55,363 bases of DNA from a virus (Duplodnaviria > Heunggongvirae > Uroviricota > Caudoviricetes): IMG/VR virus record IMGVR_UViG_2721755498_000004; one strand, 5' to 3'. Of the stretch, positions 35,961 through 45,664 are shown piece after piece. The first letter of the stretch is position 1, and the number at the start of each line of letters is the position of its first letter. Under the pieces are notes generated by a model that worked only from the letters and a program-made list of their open reading frames with translations, was not told where the DNA came from and made no database searches. Made by a program: the position numbers and the translations under genes.

Positions 35961-36406
35961 AGTAGCCACATGATAAGTTGCTGGAATCATATTTCCCACT
36001 CAAGTCATTAACATTTGATAAGATATATCTAAAAGGACGCCTTTACATTATTTATGTGTATATAATTTATTTATATACACAGTAAAGGTATCCTGGGAAA
36101 ATATTTATCGTTAAAAAATACATCATAAATAATTAAGCTGAAATTTCAGAACACAACTAATACACACAATAAGGTTCAGTAACAATAATCTATGTGGACT
36201 ACATCGAGATTTTTTGATTAAACTTTAATAACTTATTCCTAACACACAGAATGCATAAACTAAAAGTAAAACAAATAGTTATACGAAAAACAACCATATT
36301 TATTATATCTTCTCCTCTAATCAACATATCAATTATGTGTTTCATAACAGCTTGACATAACCCTCAAAAACACGCATTTATAATGCATGTTTTTGATGAG
36401 GTGGTT

Positions 36407-36745
36407 ATGACACACAAGAGAATTCCTAAAGATTGGGTAATCAAACGCTCAACTCCGTTCTTCACAAAAGAGAACGTACCTTCAGCGTTATTAACACATC
36501 ATAATACAGCAGCAGGTGTTTTTGGGCAGTTGTGCGTAATGGAAGGCACTGTAACATATTATGGTTTTACTGATGAGAATGCTACTGAACCGGAGATAAA
36601 AGTAGTCATTAATGCTGGCGCTTTTGCAACAAGCCCACCACAATACTGGCACCGTGTTGAACTAAGCGATGATGCTCAGTTTAATATTAACTTTTGGGTC
36701 GCTCCAGACTTCTCGGGCGAAAAAGTCTATAGCACCAAAAAATAG
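36407..36745 (+). CDS. YeaR-like protein (DUF1971)
   Basis: 112 aa from MTHKRIPKDW; shares RSTPF...VMxGxVxYxGxxDE...EP...AGxFAxxPPxxWH...FNIxFxVAP with recalled E. coli YeaR. Confidence 0.65.
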   Translation: MTHKRIPKDWVIKRSTPFFTKENVPSALLTHHNTAAGVFGQLCVMEGTVTYYGFTDENATEPEIKVVINAGAFATSPPQYWHRVELSDDAQFNINFWVAPDFSGEKVYSTKK

Positions 36746-36774
36746 ATGATCATATTAAAAATGCTTTAACAGTC

Positions 36775-36811
36775 AGACCCGGCAGGGCTATCCCCGACGG
36801 GTCTCATTTTT
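36775..36811 (+). terminator. rho-independent terminator after the yeaR-like gene
   Basis: Imperfect 12-bp GC-rich stem (gacccggcaggg / ccccgacgggtc) with 4-nt loop, followed by TTTTT, 30 bp past the stop. Confidence 0.6.
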
Positions 36812-37468
36812 GTAAATATATTGGTTCTACATTGACAGGAGACTTCAACCATAAGAAGTAATCTGAATACTTGAGCAATAAATTTACTTAAGATTAATGA
36901 GCGCACCTTGCCGGACAAAGATAAACCAAGGTAACACCTTTTTTCTAGCCAGTATGTAATCAATCAGAAAGCCGCTCCATAAGAACAACAGCAAGACAAT
37001 AAATTGCCATTACAGCCGCAATAGCTAGCGCACATTTGAGAACCAGCACGACAACCTCCTGTATTGGACGTACACCAGTTCTGATAAATATGAGGCTGTC
37101 TCATCATTGATTCAATATAACTATTGGGTATAGTTTCTGTGATTTTGTTCTGTAGAAATGGAACACAACAACCAGTCACCACCAGCACTTCTTTAAATAC
37201 GCCAAGTCCGACGCAAGCTAACCTTCTAGTCCGCTTTGAGCGAGGAGCGGACCAAACCCGGCCAACTGACTCTTAAAGGGGCCGCAGGAATTTTTCGTCT
37301 GAACTTTCGAAGCTCCTCTCCCTGAAGACAGAAAACTTCTGTGTGCTGTGGGAATATTGAATCTTTGCCTTAGATATAAATAATTTTATCCCGCCTGAAG
37401 TTTACATTATTTTATTTATCTGTTTTTCTAAATCAGACTGCACTCCTTACTTAAATCAGGAGCCAGTC

Positions 37469-38668
37469 ATGCCATTTGTTATTTATGTGTTTACTATCAG
37501 TGCCTTTGCGCTCGGACTCGCGGAATTTGTCCCCATTGGGCTGACAGACGTTATGGCTCAGGGGTTGTGTGTGGGTGTGGAGCAGACCGGGGCAGCGGTT
37601 ACAACCTATGCACTGGGGGCAACGTTCGCGGCACCCGTACTGTCTGCGCTGACAGCAAGCTGGAGCCGGAAAAATGTAATGCTTACAACTGCCGTTGTGT
37701 TTACTGCCGGTAGTCTGGCGGCCGCGTTTGCAGCCACATTACCTCAGCTCCTGTTAGCGCGGTTCATTGCTGGTCTGGGACACGGCCTGTTTCTGGCTGC
37801 GGCATCCAGTACCGCAGCTCGTCTTGCTGGACCGGGTAAAGCAGGCAGAGCGGTGGCTGTGGTATTTGGTGGCTTTACTCTGGCGATGGCAATCGGCGTA
37901 CCGCTGAGTACATGGTTGGGGGGGGTGGTCTCATGGCGTCCAGTTCTCGGCGCTATTGCCGCTTTTGGCGCGTTCGGATTCCTTGGACTGTTGTTCGGTA
38001 TGAAAGATCCCGTACGCAGCGTGCCCGGTGAACATAGTGACTCAGCAATGCAGAATATCGGCATGCTGTTTAACCGTAAGTTGCTGGCCGGCGCGCTGGT
38101 TACGGTGCTGGCGTATGCAGGCTCGTTTACGGCTTACACCTTTATCGCACCTATTCTGACGCAGGTGACAGGGGTTACCGGAGCAACGGTGAGTCTGTTT
38201 ATGCTGGTTTACGGTATTACAGCTGCGGTAGGTAATATTCTTGGTGGGAAACTTACCGACAGCATGGGGGTTAATCGTGCCAATATACTCATCATTAGCG
38301 GCATTGTTGTTGTCGTGCTTGGTATGTGGCTGCTGTCATCCTCACCGGTGAGCATGGGCATTCTGGTTGCGCTGCTGGGTATGGTGACATTTGCCGCAGT
38401 GCCGGCACTGCAGGCCCGTCTGATTGGTGTCGCTGAGCAACATGCTCCTCATGCGCATGGTGTTGCTGCCGGCCTGAATATTGCGGGCTTCAACTCAGGT
38501 ATAGCGCTGGGATCAGTACTGGGCAGCATTACTATAAGCCACGCCGGTATCGTGTATACCGGTATCAGCGGTGCGATTGTTTCTCTGCTCGGCCTGCTGT
38601 TGCTGCTTGCACAAATCCGTCGCAGCCACAGTCGTAAATTTCAACAGGTTAAAATCGTAGGCCAGTAA
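37469..38668 (+). CDS. MFS transporter (12-TM)
   Basis: 399 aa, hydrophobic throughout, Gly/Ala-rich helices typical of major-facilitator permeases; GC-rich relative to phage genes. Confidence 0.8.
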   Translation: MPFVIYVFTISAFALGLAEFVPIGLTDVMAQGLCVGVEQTGAAVTTYALGATFAAPVLSALTASWSRKNVMLTTAVVFTAGSLAAAFAATLPQLLLARFIAGLGHGLFLAAASSTAARLAGPGKAGRAVAVVFGGFTLAMAIGVPLSTWLGGVVSWRPVLGAIAAFGAFGFLGLLFGMKDPVRSVPGEHSDSAMQNIGMLFNRKLLAGALVTVLAYAGSFTAYTFIAPILTQVTGVTGATVSLFMLVYGITAAVGNILGGKLTDSMGVNRANILIISGIVVVVLGMWLLSSSPVSMGILVALLGMVTFAAVPALQARLIGVAEQHAPHAHGVAAGLNIAGFNSGIALGSVLGSITISHAGIVYTGISGAIVSLLGLLLLLAQIRRSHSRKFQQVKIVGQ

Positions 38669-38679
38669 AGGGAGGTTAT

Positions 38680-39372
38680 ATGCTTACCCGTGAAAATATG
38701 CTTAATGGCACATTTGTCAGGGTGCATGAAGCGCTGCTCCCGGCGAATATGCTCTGGGACGCTGAAAAAATACGCGCATCAATGAACTCTACTCTGGAGG
38801 AGCGCCCGACGGGTGCTCCTGTCTGGATATTTGCCTACGGGTCATTGATGTGGAATCCCGTGCTGGCGATTGAAGAAATGCAACGGGCCCGTCTGAAAGG
38901 ATGGCAGCGCAGTTTCTGCATTCGTTTGATATCCGGACGAGCGACTCCTGATGTCCCCGGCAGGATGTTATCGCTCGACGAAGGTGGAATTACCGAAGGT
39001 ATTGCGTTCAGACTGCCGGAATCGACTCTTATTAATGAGCTGGAAATTGTCTGGACGCGCGAGATGATAACCGGTCTTTACCGTCCGGTCTGGGCAGACG
39101 TTTCGCTAGGAAACGGTGAGGAAATTCAGGCGCTGGCTTTCGTATCAGACAGACTGCATCCGCATTATGAACAGGACAATCTTACAGCGACCGTAGCGTT
39201 GAGCATCGCATCTGCCCGTGGAGACATTGGCACGAATGCAGATTATGTATGGAAACTGCAGGCCACTCTGGGTGCGTTGGGAATACGGGATGATTACGTG
39301 AGTGAACTGGCCCTTGCTCTGCATGAGGCTCCCTGTAACGATAAACTTCATCAGCGAGGCGCTTCACTATGA
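38680..39372 (+). CDS. ChaC-like gamma-glutamylcyclotransferase family protein
   Basis: 230 aa with YGSLMWNP motif, collinear with recalled E. coli ChaC; 11 bp after the MFS gene. Confidence 0.7.
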   Translation: MLTRENMLNGTFVRVHEALLPANMLWDAEKIRASMNSTLEERPTGAPVWIFAYGSLMWNPVLAIEEMQRARLKGWQRSFCIRLISGRATPDVPGRMLSLDEGGITEGIAFRLPESTLINELEIVWTREMITGLYRPVWADVSLGNGEEIQALAFVSDRLHPHYEQDNLTATVALSIASARGDIGTNADYVWKLQATLGALGIRDDYVSELALALHEAPCNDKLHQRGASL

Positions 39373-40250
39373 GCCATCTGAGCCATCTGCGAACGTTTCT
39401 TGAGGCCTATCGCTCTGGCTCCTTTTCAAAGGCGGCAGAACTACTGGGCATCACTCAGCCCGCGGCGTCACAGCATATCCAGTCTCTTGAGACTCTGGTT
39501 GGTAAGCGTCTGTTTATCAGGCAGGCCAGAGGCGTGACGGCAACCGAAGCTGCGGATGAGCTTGCCCGCTCAGTTTCACCCTTCATTGATGGTCTGGAAG
39601 AAAAGCTGTCCTCTTTCCGGTCAGGCTCTGTACGCGGGGGAACAATTAATCTGGCAGGACCGCCAGATTTTATTCATTCCCGGCTTGGGACAGTAATGGC
39701 TCCACTAATGAAGGAGGGGTATCGCCTACGCTTTCATACCGGCAATAAGCAACGTATTTATTCCCTTTTGCATGACGGGAGCGCCGATCTCGCTGTTACC
39801 GCATCTATGCCTGATGACCGTCTGTACGGCTATGCACATCTACTGACTGAACGCATGCTCCTTGTTCATGCTCCCGCCATGTCAGAGATCATCGGATCAG
39901 AACCTGGTGCTGAAACGCTTGCCTCATTACCGCTGATTGCTTATGACGAAGAGTTGCCACTGATTAGAGCGCTCTGGGCCTCCATGTTTCAGAGAGCCCC
40001 TGAGATGCAGGCTACATTCACCATTCCGGATTTACGTATTATCCGCGACTTGGTCTGTGACGGCCACGGGTGGACAGTGCTGCCGGATTATCACTGTGAC
40101 AATGACCTGAAAAGTGGTCGCCTGATTTCAGTGACACCTGCAGACCTCGCTCCGACTAATCATCTTTATCTGGTCTGGAACAAAAGGACGGCTAATAACA
40201 GCCGAACCGCCTATGTTCGGGATTACATTCTTAAAACGTTTCCGCGTTGA
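39369..40250 (+). CDS. LysR-family transcriptional regulator
   Basis: 293 aa; N-terminal HTH (..FSKAAELLGITQPAASQHIQSLE..) and LysR-type substrate-binding domain; 4-bp overlap with the ChaC-like gene. Confidence 0.85.
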   Translation: MSHLSHLRTFLEAYRSGSFSKAAELLGITQPAASQHIQSLETLVGKRLFIRQARGVTATEAADELARSVSPFIDGLEEKLSSFRSGSVRGGTINLAGPPDFIHSRLGTVMAPLMKEGYRLRFHTGNKQRIYSLLHDGSADLAVTASMPDDRLYGYAHLLTERMLLVHAPAMSEIIGSEPGAETLASLPLIAYDEELPLIRALWASMFQRAPEMQATFTIPDLRIIRDLVCDGHGWTVLPDYHCDNDLKSGRLISVTPADLAPTNHLYLVWNKRTANNSRTAYVRDYILKTFPR

Positions 40251-40380
40251 TGTTTGAAACGGATGATTGGCGATGCGTATCATAAGTTACGTATGTCCGC
40301 TTCTGGCACAAAGCAGACGCCCACTCTCACGCGAATGCTTTGCCCTTGACTTGCCAACAACCGTATCGCTTGCTCCGCAA

Positions 40381-41673
40381 CTATGGTTTTTTATTAGAAT
40401 CTTCGCCACTAAATAAATTATAATAAATTGATTTTATTAGATATCTGTCAGAATCTATATGGTCAGCACGAGTAGCATGCTCTAATGTTTCAAATGCCAG
40501 AGTATGTGCGGCTTCAGCAAATATCCCAGGCCAACCCTTACTCAGCATCGACAGTCCTTTAAGTACCCTTATCTGAATTTCCCTCATACTGGCACCATCG
40601 CGCGCAACAGGTGAGAAAAAGTCTTCAAGTAGATCGTTATTCTGAAGTGGTGCAACATGTACAGAAGGATATTTCACTTCTATTTCATCAGATTTATTCT
40701 GCGCGTAAGCGGAAAGTATACGTACACCTCTGCCAATGACATCAATGGCGGTTCCAGGATCGTTCACTGCGGGGGAAAGGGCTCGGCAGGCTATTTCGGC
40801 CATGACGCTAAGACAAAATCGGGGGTCCTGAGCAAATGAACGTACATCCGAGACAATAATCGTCTCAAGTAAATCGGTGCTGATTGATGACTCCTGGCCC
40901 TGACTCAGGTACAAAACTGGCGTGGACGGATGTATGAAACTGCCCGGCTGCGCCACGAGGTATACATGACGGGGATCATTGGTCAGCAGCTTGCTGAGTT
41001 TCACCATATCAACATATTCAACATAGCCAATCTTTTTCGGATAAACTGCAACCGTTCCTTTCGGCTGTTCATTGTTCTCAAGCCATGGATATCCGCCGAG
41101 ACAGGGATTTCTTGCTCTCGCAATAAATGTTTCGATGGCCGCCTGTTCTACTTTTGCCGTTGTCTCACCAACCCTCCCCAGAGAGGTCAAATGCTGTATC
41201 CAGCGAAGCAATGTGATGAGGATTAAGGCAATGACAACCAGTGTTACAATGAATAAAATGACTCTCCCCCTTTCTCCATAAGCTCCCATATTGAGGGCAA
41301 TAATCCCTACCAGACTGAAGAGAAAAGAACCGATGAAGGTGGCCAGTACATTTTGTGTGGTGACGTCTTCAACAACTAAACGAGTAGCTCTGGGAGTCAC
41401 ATTAGTAGTGGCTGAACCGTAGGCTGTGACCATGATGCTCAGCGAAAATGTGGTCACTGCCAGCATACTCGATGCCAGTATGTTCAGAATGTTATCGACT
41501 GCTTCCGCACCAACCTTCACGGAAACCGACTCAGGTATCATTGATTTAAAAAGAATTGATAAAAGGGCCGTTATTATTGCGACAATTGCGAATAACGTTG
41601 CCCTGAACCATAGTTTTTTAAATGTCTGCTTCAGCATCCATTTCCAGCGTGAAATCATTCTGCATTCCCTCAT
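40381..41673 (-). CDS. DUF2254-like membrane protein
   Basis: 430 aa; N-terminal block of about 4 TM helices and a large soluble C-terminal domain. Family name from recall. Confidence 0.5.
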   Translation of the reverse strand: MRECRMISRWKWMLKQTFKKLWFRATLFAIVAIITALLSILFKSMIPESVSVKVGAEAVDNILNILASSMLAVTTFSLSIMVTAYGSATTNVTPRATRLVVEDVTTQNVLATFIGSFLFSLVGIIALNMGAYGERGRVILFIVTLVVIALILITLLRWIQHLTSLGRVGETTAKVEQAAIETFIARARNPCLGGYPWLENNEQPKGTVAVYPKKIGYVEYVDMVKLSKLLTNDPRHVYLVAQPGSFIHPSTPVLYLSQGQESSISTDLLETIIVSDVRSFAQDPRFCLSVMAEIACRALSPAVNDPGTAIDVIGRGVRILSAYAQNKSDEIEVKYPSVHVAPLQNNDLLEDFFSPVARDGASMREIQIRVLKGLSMLSKGWPGIFAEAAHTLAFETLEHATRADHIDSDRYLIKSIYYNLFSGEDSNKKP

Positions 41674-41685
41674 ATTGCAGCCGGG

Positions 41686-41714
41686 ATAAATAAATGCCGC
41701 CTCTGTGGCGGCAT
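41686..41714 (-). terminator. rho-independent terminator candidate after the BCCT gene
   Basis: Stem atgccgcc/ggcggcat with 5-nt loop, followed on the minus strand by ttatttat; between the BCCT stop and the DUF2254 start. Confidence 0.5.
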
Positions 41715-41721
41715 GTTGCTG

Positions 41722-43725
41722 TTAACGAACCAGATGCAGGAAGTGCAGGTGTTTTTCGTACTGGTCCAGTATGTCATTAATCAGCTGTTCCTGATTCCAG
41801 CCCATTACATCATAATTTTGGCCGCCCTCTTTGAGATAGACTTCAGCGCGATAATATCGATGTTGTTCACTCTGCTGCTCATCATTATCCAGCGCAGCGA
41901 GCGCGAAGGTCGGTGAGTTATACCCGCGAAGCCTCACTTCATATATATAATTCAGCTCGTTGCCCAAATCGACTTCAAGGCGAATACGATCCTCGGCGGC
42001 GTCACTGATGTGGCTTATCGTTCCCTGCTTGTTAAGTTCCTCCTGAACCAGCGTCATGGCGGGTTGGATAATGTCGTCCATAAAACGTTTCACAAGAGAG
42101 CGCTTCGGCAAATACGCGATATTGCGTAACCTTCTCTGCCAGGGAATTGGGTTACGTGCAGCCGTAGGAGCAATAGTCGCCATGCTAAGGCTTTCACGCT
42201 TGGTTAAATCCCGACGCAGGGCTTTTAACAGTCCGTATATGGATATTAATAAGATAACTGAGAAGGGCAATGCACTCGCTATCGTTACGGTTTGCAACGC
42301 ACTCAGCCCCCCTGCGATCAGCAGGGCAATAGCAACAACGCCCATGAGCGATGCCCAGAAAATTCGCTGCCAGACGGGCGTGTTTGCCACCCCACCTGAT
42401 GCCAGAGTATCCACAACCATTGCCCCCGAATCAGCAGACGTTACAAAGAAGACGATGACCATCGCCATTGCAATGAATGACAGCACGGAAGAGAACGGGA
42501 AATGCTCCAGGAAATTAAACAGGGCAAGCGCAACATCCTGCTGAACGGTATTGGCGAGGTCAGTGGCGCCCTGGTTCATGATGAGATAGATGGCGCTGTT
42601 TCCAAACACCGTCATCCACATGAGCGTAAAGCCGGCGGGAACAAACAACACGCCAGTCACGAACTCACGAATTGTCCTGCCGCGGGAAACGCGTGCAATG
42701 AACATACCTACAAACGGCGACCATGAAAGCCACCATCCCCAGTATAATAATGTCCAGCCCCCCAGCCAGTTGCTCGACTTGGGTTCATACGCGTAAAGGT
42801 TGAACGTTTTACTCACCAGTTCCGACAGATAACCACCCGTATTTTCCACAAATGACTTCAGCAGAAGCACAGTGGGACCCAGGCACAAGACCAGCGCCAG
42901 GAGCAACACCGCCAGGCCCAGATTAAGCTCAGACAGGATGCGTATTCCCTTGTCCAGGCCGGACACCACCGAAATCGTCGCTAACCCCGTGATGACCACG
43001 ATCAAAATGACCTGTACCGTTTCATTGATGGGCACGCCGAAAAGATGGTTCAAACCGGCATTCACCTGCAATACACCGTAACCCAGCGATGTTGCAACGC
43101 CAAAGACAGTGCCTATCACGGCGAAGATATCAACCGCGTGGCCTATAGGCCCGTAAATGCGATCGCCGATAATGGGATAGAGCGCAGAACGCAGCGTTAA
43201 AGGCAGACCGTGACGGTAACTGAAAAAGGCCAGAATCAGCGCCACGATGGCATAAATTGCCCATGCGTGCAGACCCCAGTGGAAGAACGTCAGGCGCATG
43301 GCTTCCTTCGCTGCCGCAACGGTCTCTGGAGTGCCGACAGGTGGCGAAAGATAATGCATCACAGGTTCGGCAACGCCAAAGAACATCAGGCCGATCCCCA
43401 TCCCTGCCGAAAAAAGCATCGCGAACCAGGAGTGGTAGCTGAAATCAGGCTGCGCATGGTCTGGGCCCAGCTTTATATCACCGTAACGTGAGAGTCCAAG
43501 GAACGTGACGCTCAGTAAAATCAGGGCCACAGCAAGTATGTAGAACCAGCTGGCATTCGTGAAGATTTGTTGCTGAAGTAGTTTAAAATTTTTGTCGGCG
43601 ACATCCGGGAATACGGCGGCAAAGGCGACAAGAAGGAAAATTAGCAAAGCAGATGTAAAGAATACCGCTTTGTTAATCTGGCTTGTAGACTTCTTTGGGG
43701 TTGTATCATTTTCACTCATAATCAT
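41722..43725 (-). CDS. BCCT-family transporter (BetT-like)
   Basis: 667 aa; 12-TM core with Trp-rich segment (WTLLYWGWWLSWSPFVGMFIARVSRGRTIREF) typical of BCCT carriers, plus a long cytoplasmic C-terminal extension as in BetT. Confidence 0.85.
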   Translation of the reverse strand: MIMSENDTTPKKSTSQINKAVFFTSALLIFLLVAFAAVFPDVADKNFKLLQQQIFTNASWFYILAVALILLSVTFLGLSRYGDIKLGPDHAQPDFSYHSWFAMLFSAGMGIGLMFFGVAEPVMHYLSPPVGTPETVAAAKEAMRLTFFHWGLHAWAIYAIVALILAFFSYRHGLPLTLRSALYPIIGDRIYGPIGHAVDIFAVIGTVFGVATSLGYGVLQVNAGLNHLFGVPINETVQVILIVVITGLATISVVSGLDKGIRILSELNLGLAVLLLALVLCLGPTVLLLKSFVENTGGYLSELVSKTFNLYAYEPKSSNWLGGWTLLYWGWWLSWSPFVGMFIARVSRGRTIREFVTGVLFVPAGFTLMWMTVFGNSAIYLIMNQGATDLANTVQQDVALALFNFLEHFPFSSVLSFIAMAMVIVFFVTSADSGAMVVDTLASGGVANTPVWQRIFWASLMGVVAIALLIAGGLSALQTVTIASALPFSVILLISIYGLLKALRRDLTKRESLSMATIAPTAARNPIPWQRRLRNIAYLPKRSLVKRFMDDIIQPAMTLVQEELNKQGTISHISDAAEDRIRLEVDLGNELNYIYEVRLRGYNSPTFALAALDNDEQQSEQHRYYRAEVYLKEGGQNYDVMGWNQEQLINDILDQYEKHLHFLHLVR

Positions 43726-44059
43726 TTATTCCATTAATTAAATCCGCACTGGATAGAAGGTACTACCTCTCACAGAGTAGCAAAGTTCAACTGGCTATGC
43801 GGGGTTAATCGGAATGCATGGTGGAATGAGTGCCGATACAAATCATCCTATATTCTAAGGAGTTTTAAGTTACTCAGCCTGCCAATTACTGGGGCATTTA
43901 ATTTGTATGATCTGTATCAAAGCTGGGATATAAGTTAAGTGAAGTATATTAGGCACGAATTACCAGCGTCTGCTCTTGGCACAAAGCGGACAACCACGCT
44001 AGCTCTACCCTGTGCCACAAAATGTCAATTTGCATCTGAACTAATGCACTTTAATCTCG

Positions 44060-44482
44060 TCACTTCAATAAATACCGAACATCCCCCTGATAAAACGACA
44101 ATATGCGCTGCATAACTTCGCTCTTCCGGCACTCGCGACAGATTATGTTTAGGCGACTGTCGTAGCGACGTATTTCTCCGTCAGGTAATGACCAGATAAG
44201 GTCCGGATCAACCACAACCGGTTTCTTCAGCTTTGCCCTCGATAATTTTTTGCGGACATTTTGCCAGTCTTTACGAGCCTGTTCAGACGGGAATAACCCG
44301 TAGCCAGAATTGTATACATCGCCACTGGCAACCAGCTCTCTGGCCAGAACGCTCATCAGATATCTTGTTGCCCCAGTTTTAGCTTCCAGTTGTCGTAACG
44401 TCTCGCGCCCACTCTGGCGTACGAGTTCAAGAACCTGCCCTTTAATTTTTTCCCGCTCTTCTTGTGTAAAAACTTTTGCCAC
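44060..44482 (-). CDS. hypothetical protein (140 aa), last gene of the replication-side block
   Basis: Basic protein with a CRECRK segment, downstream of the initiator-like gene; not DnaC-like. Confidence 0.4.
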   Translation of the reverse strand: MAKVFTQEEREKIKGQVLELVRQSGRETLRQLEAKTGATRYLMSVLARELVASGDVYNSGYGLFPSEQARKDWQNVRKKLSRAKLKKPVVVDPDLIWSLPDGEIRRYDSRLNIICRECRKSEVMQRILSFYQGDVRYLLK

Positions 44483-44522
44483 AAGCCCTCCTGAAAATTA
44501 CCTCATGACCAGAAATTAACAC

Positions 44523-45599
44523 TTACCCCCTGAAGCCCGGCGGAATTTCGTTATCCGGTTCAGAAATATGATTCACACAACGCTGGTTGTTCGTGCCGCT
44601 TACCGGGAGCAACCAGGGGTTCTCAAAATTCCGGTCCGGTCCAAAAAACGTCGTCGCTCGCTGAACAAATTCCGTTCCCGTTTTCCCGGTAGCCGCCAAG
44701 TATCTTGCGTAACGCCTCACGCCATCCAGCATGGCCTCTGGTGGCACCCCCTCGCGTAATCTGGCCTTCCAGGCACTGAAAGCGGATTTCTTCGGGTTTG
44801 CCCCAGCACGCAACGGGTACTCCCGCCAGACCTGTTCGAACACATCCGGATAATCCACTCGTCCCACAGACTGCCCGGTGTTTTCCGGGACTACCCGATC
44901 GGCTTCCCGCTGAATGGCGGAATCGGCTTCAGGCTGCTGCAGTTGGTGTGATTGCTCCGCCCTTGCGGTCATCACCTGCTGCACAGCGCCCGAATCGGCT
45001 TTCAGCGCATACGCTGAATCGGCTTCCGGTGTCGTGCCTGCTGGCTGACCAAGATTGACGGTCTGAACATCCCCTGCCTGGTTCGTGGCGTTTTTTACGC
45101 CATGGACCATAGTGTTTTGATCTTCTTGATCTGTATCTTTATCTGTATCTTTATCTGTCGTGACTCGTCGTGACATGTGCGTGACATTTCGTGACGCGCC
45201 GTGACAATCGCCATTTTGTTCCCGCTTTCTTTCCCTCTCTCGCTGCGCCCTCTTGCGCTCTGCAGGAGATTTTGCGGTTTGCGAAATATTGCCGTTGTCC
45301 TCTTTAAGCACCTGGCGTTTTTCCCATCCAGTGATTAAATCACCATCAAGTACCCGCCCCTGCATCGTCTGCAAAATTGAATCAATTACCTCTTCTGTCA
45401 CGTCGAGCGCACTTGCCAAATCTTCTGTCGTGACATCAATGTGACCTCGCGTGACATTTCGTGACGCGCTCACCAGGAGGTGGATATACACTGCCATCAC
45501 TGTTGCAATTGGCTGTCCTGACACCCTGGCAATTGTTCGCCACTTAGGGTCATTTGGCATGTCATGCCATAATCTGAGCCAGGCGTTAGCCATACTCAC
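44523..45599 (-). CDS. replication initiator-like protein (lambda O-position), contains iteron-like repeats
   Basis: 358 aa; N-terminal domain, internal acidic TDKDTDKDTD linker encoded by DNA repeats, C-terminal domain; located after the Cro-like and YdaT-position genes. Confidence 0.5.
   Translation of the reverse strand: MSMANAWLRLWHDMPNDPKWRTIARVSGQPIATVMAVYIHLLVSASRNVTRGHIDVTTEDLASALDVTEEVIDSILQTMQGRVLDGDLITGWEKRQVLKEDNGNISQTAKSPAERKRAQRERERKREQNGDCHGASRNVTHMSRRVTTDKDTDKDTDQEDQNTMVHGVKNATNQAGDVQTVNLGQPAGTTPEADSAYALKADSGAVQQVMTARAEQSHQLQQPEADSAIQREADRVVPENTGQSVGRVDYPDVFEQVWREYPLRAGANPKKSAFSAWKARLREGVPPEAMLDGVRRYARYLAATGKTGTEFVQRATTFFGPDRNFENPWLLPVSGTNNQRCVNHISEPDNEIPPGFRG
45129..45205. 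repeat. iteron-like array 1: tandem ATCTGTATCTTT x2 then five CGTGAC repeats at 10-11-bp spacing
   Basis: CGTGAC at about 45159, 45169, 45180, 45190, 45200; read directly from the sequence. Confidence 0.6.
45430..45470. repeat. iteron-like array 2: four (C/T)GTGAC repeats at 10-11-bp spacing
   Basis: Repeats at about 45430, 45441, 45451, 45461; the 21-bp block gcgtgacatttcgtgacgcgc (45450-45470) is identical to 45179-45199. Confidence 0.6.
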
Positions 45600-45664
45600 C
45601 TCTTTTGATACCGAATCTTTTTACTCACAAATTGCCGGAAGTGATCCGGTATGAATATTGCGAG

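Noticed and set aside
36964-37188. Cys-rich 74-aa minus-strand ORF, considered as a bacteriocin-like peptide
   Set aside because: No RBS or promoter context, lies in an intergenic gap, and the Cys richness comes from GCA/TGC-rich sequence; likely spurious.
42056-43491. Plus-strand ORFs inside the BCCT transporter gene
   Set aside because: Antisense to a clear 12-TM transporter ORF, with no start context.
40285-44005. Near-identical 15-mer TGGCACAAAGC(A/G)GAC at about 40304 and 43978, flanking the DUF2254 and BCCT genes; considered as att-like repeats or sigma54 promoters
   Set aside because: A single 14/15 match is expected many times by chance in 55 kb, the sigma54 -24/-12 spacing does not fit (no TTGC at the right distance), and there is no integrase or further flank similarity.
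45129-45470. Short regularly spaced repeats considered as a possible CRISPR array
   Set aside because: Repeat unit is only 6-7 bp at about 10-bp spacing, lies within a coding sequence, and has no cas genes; it fits iterons, not CRISPR.
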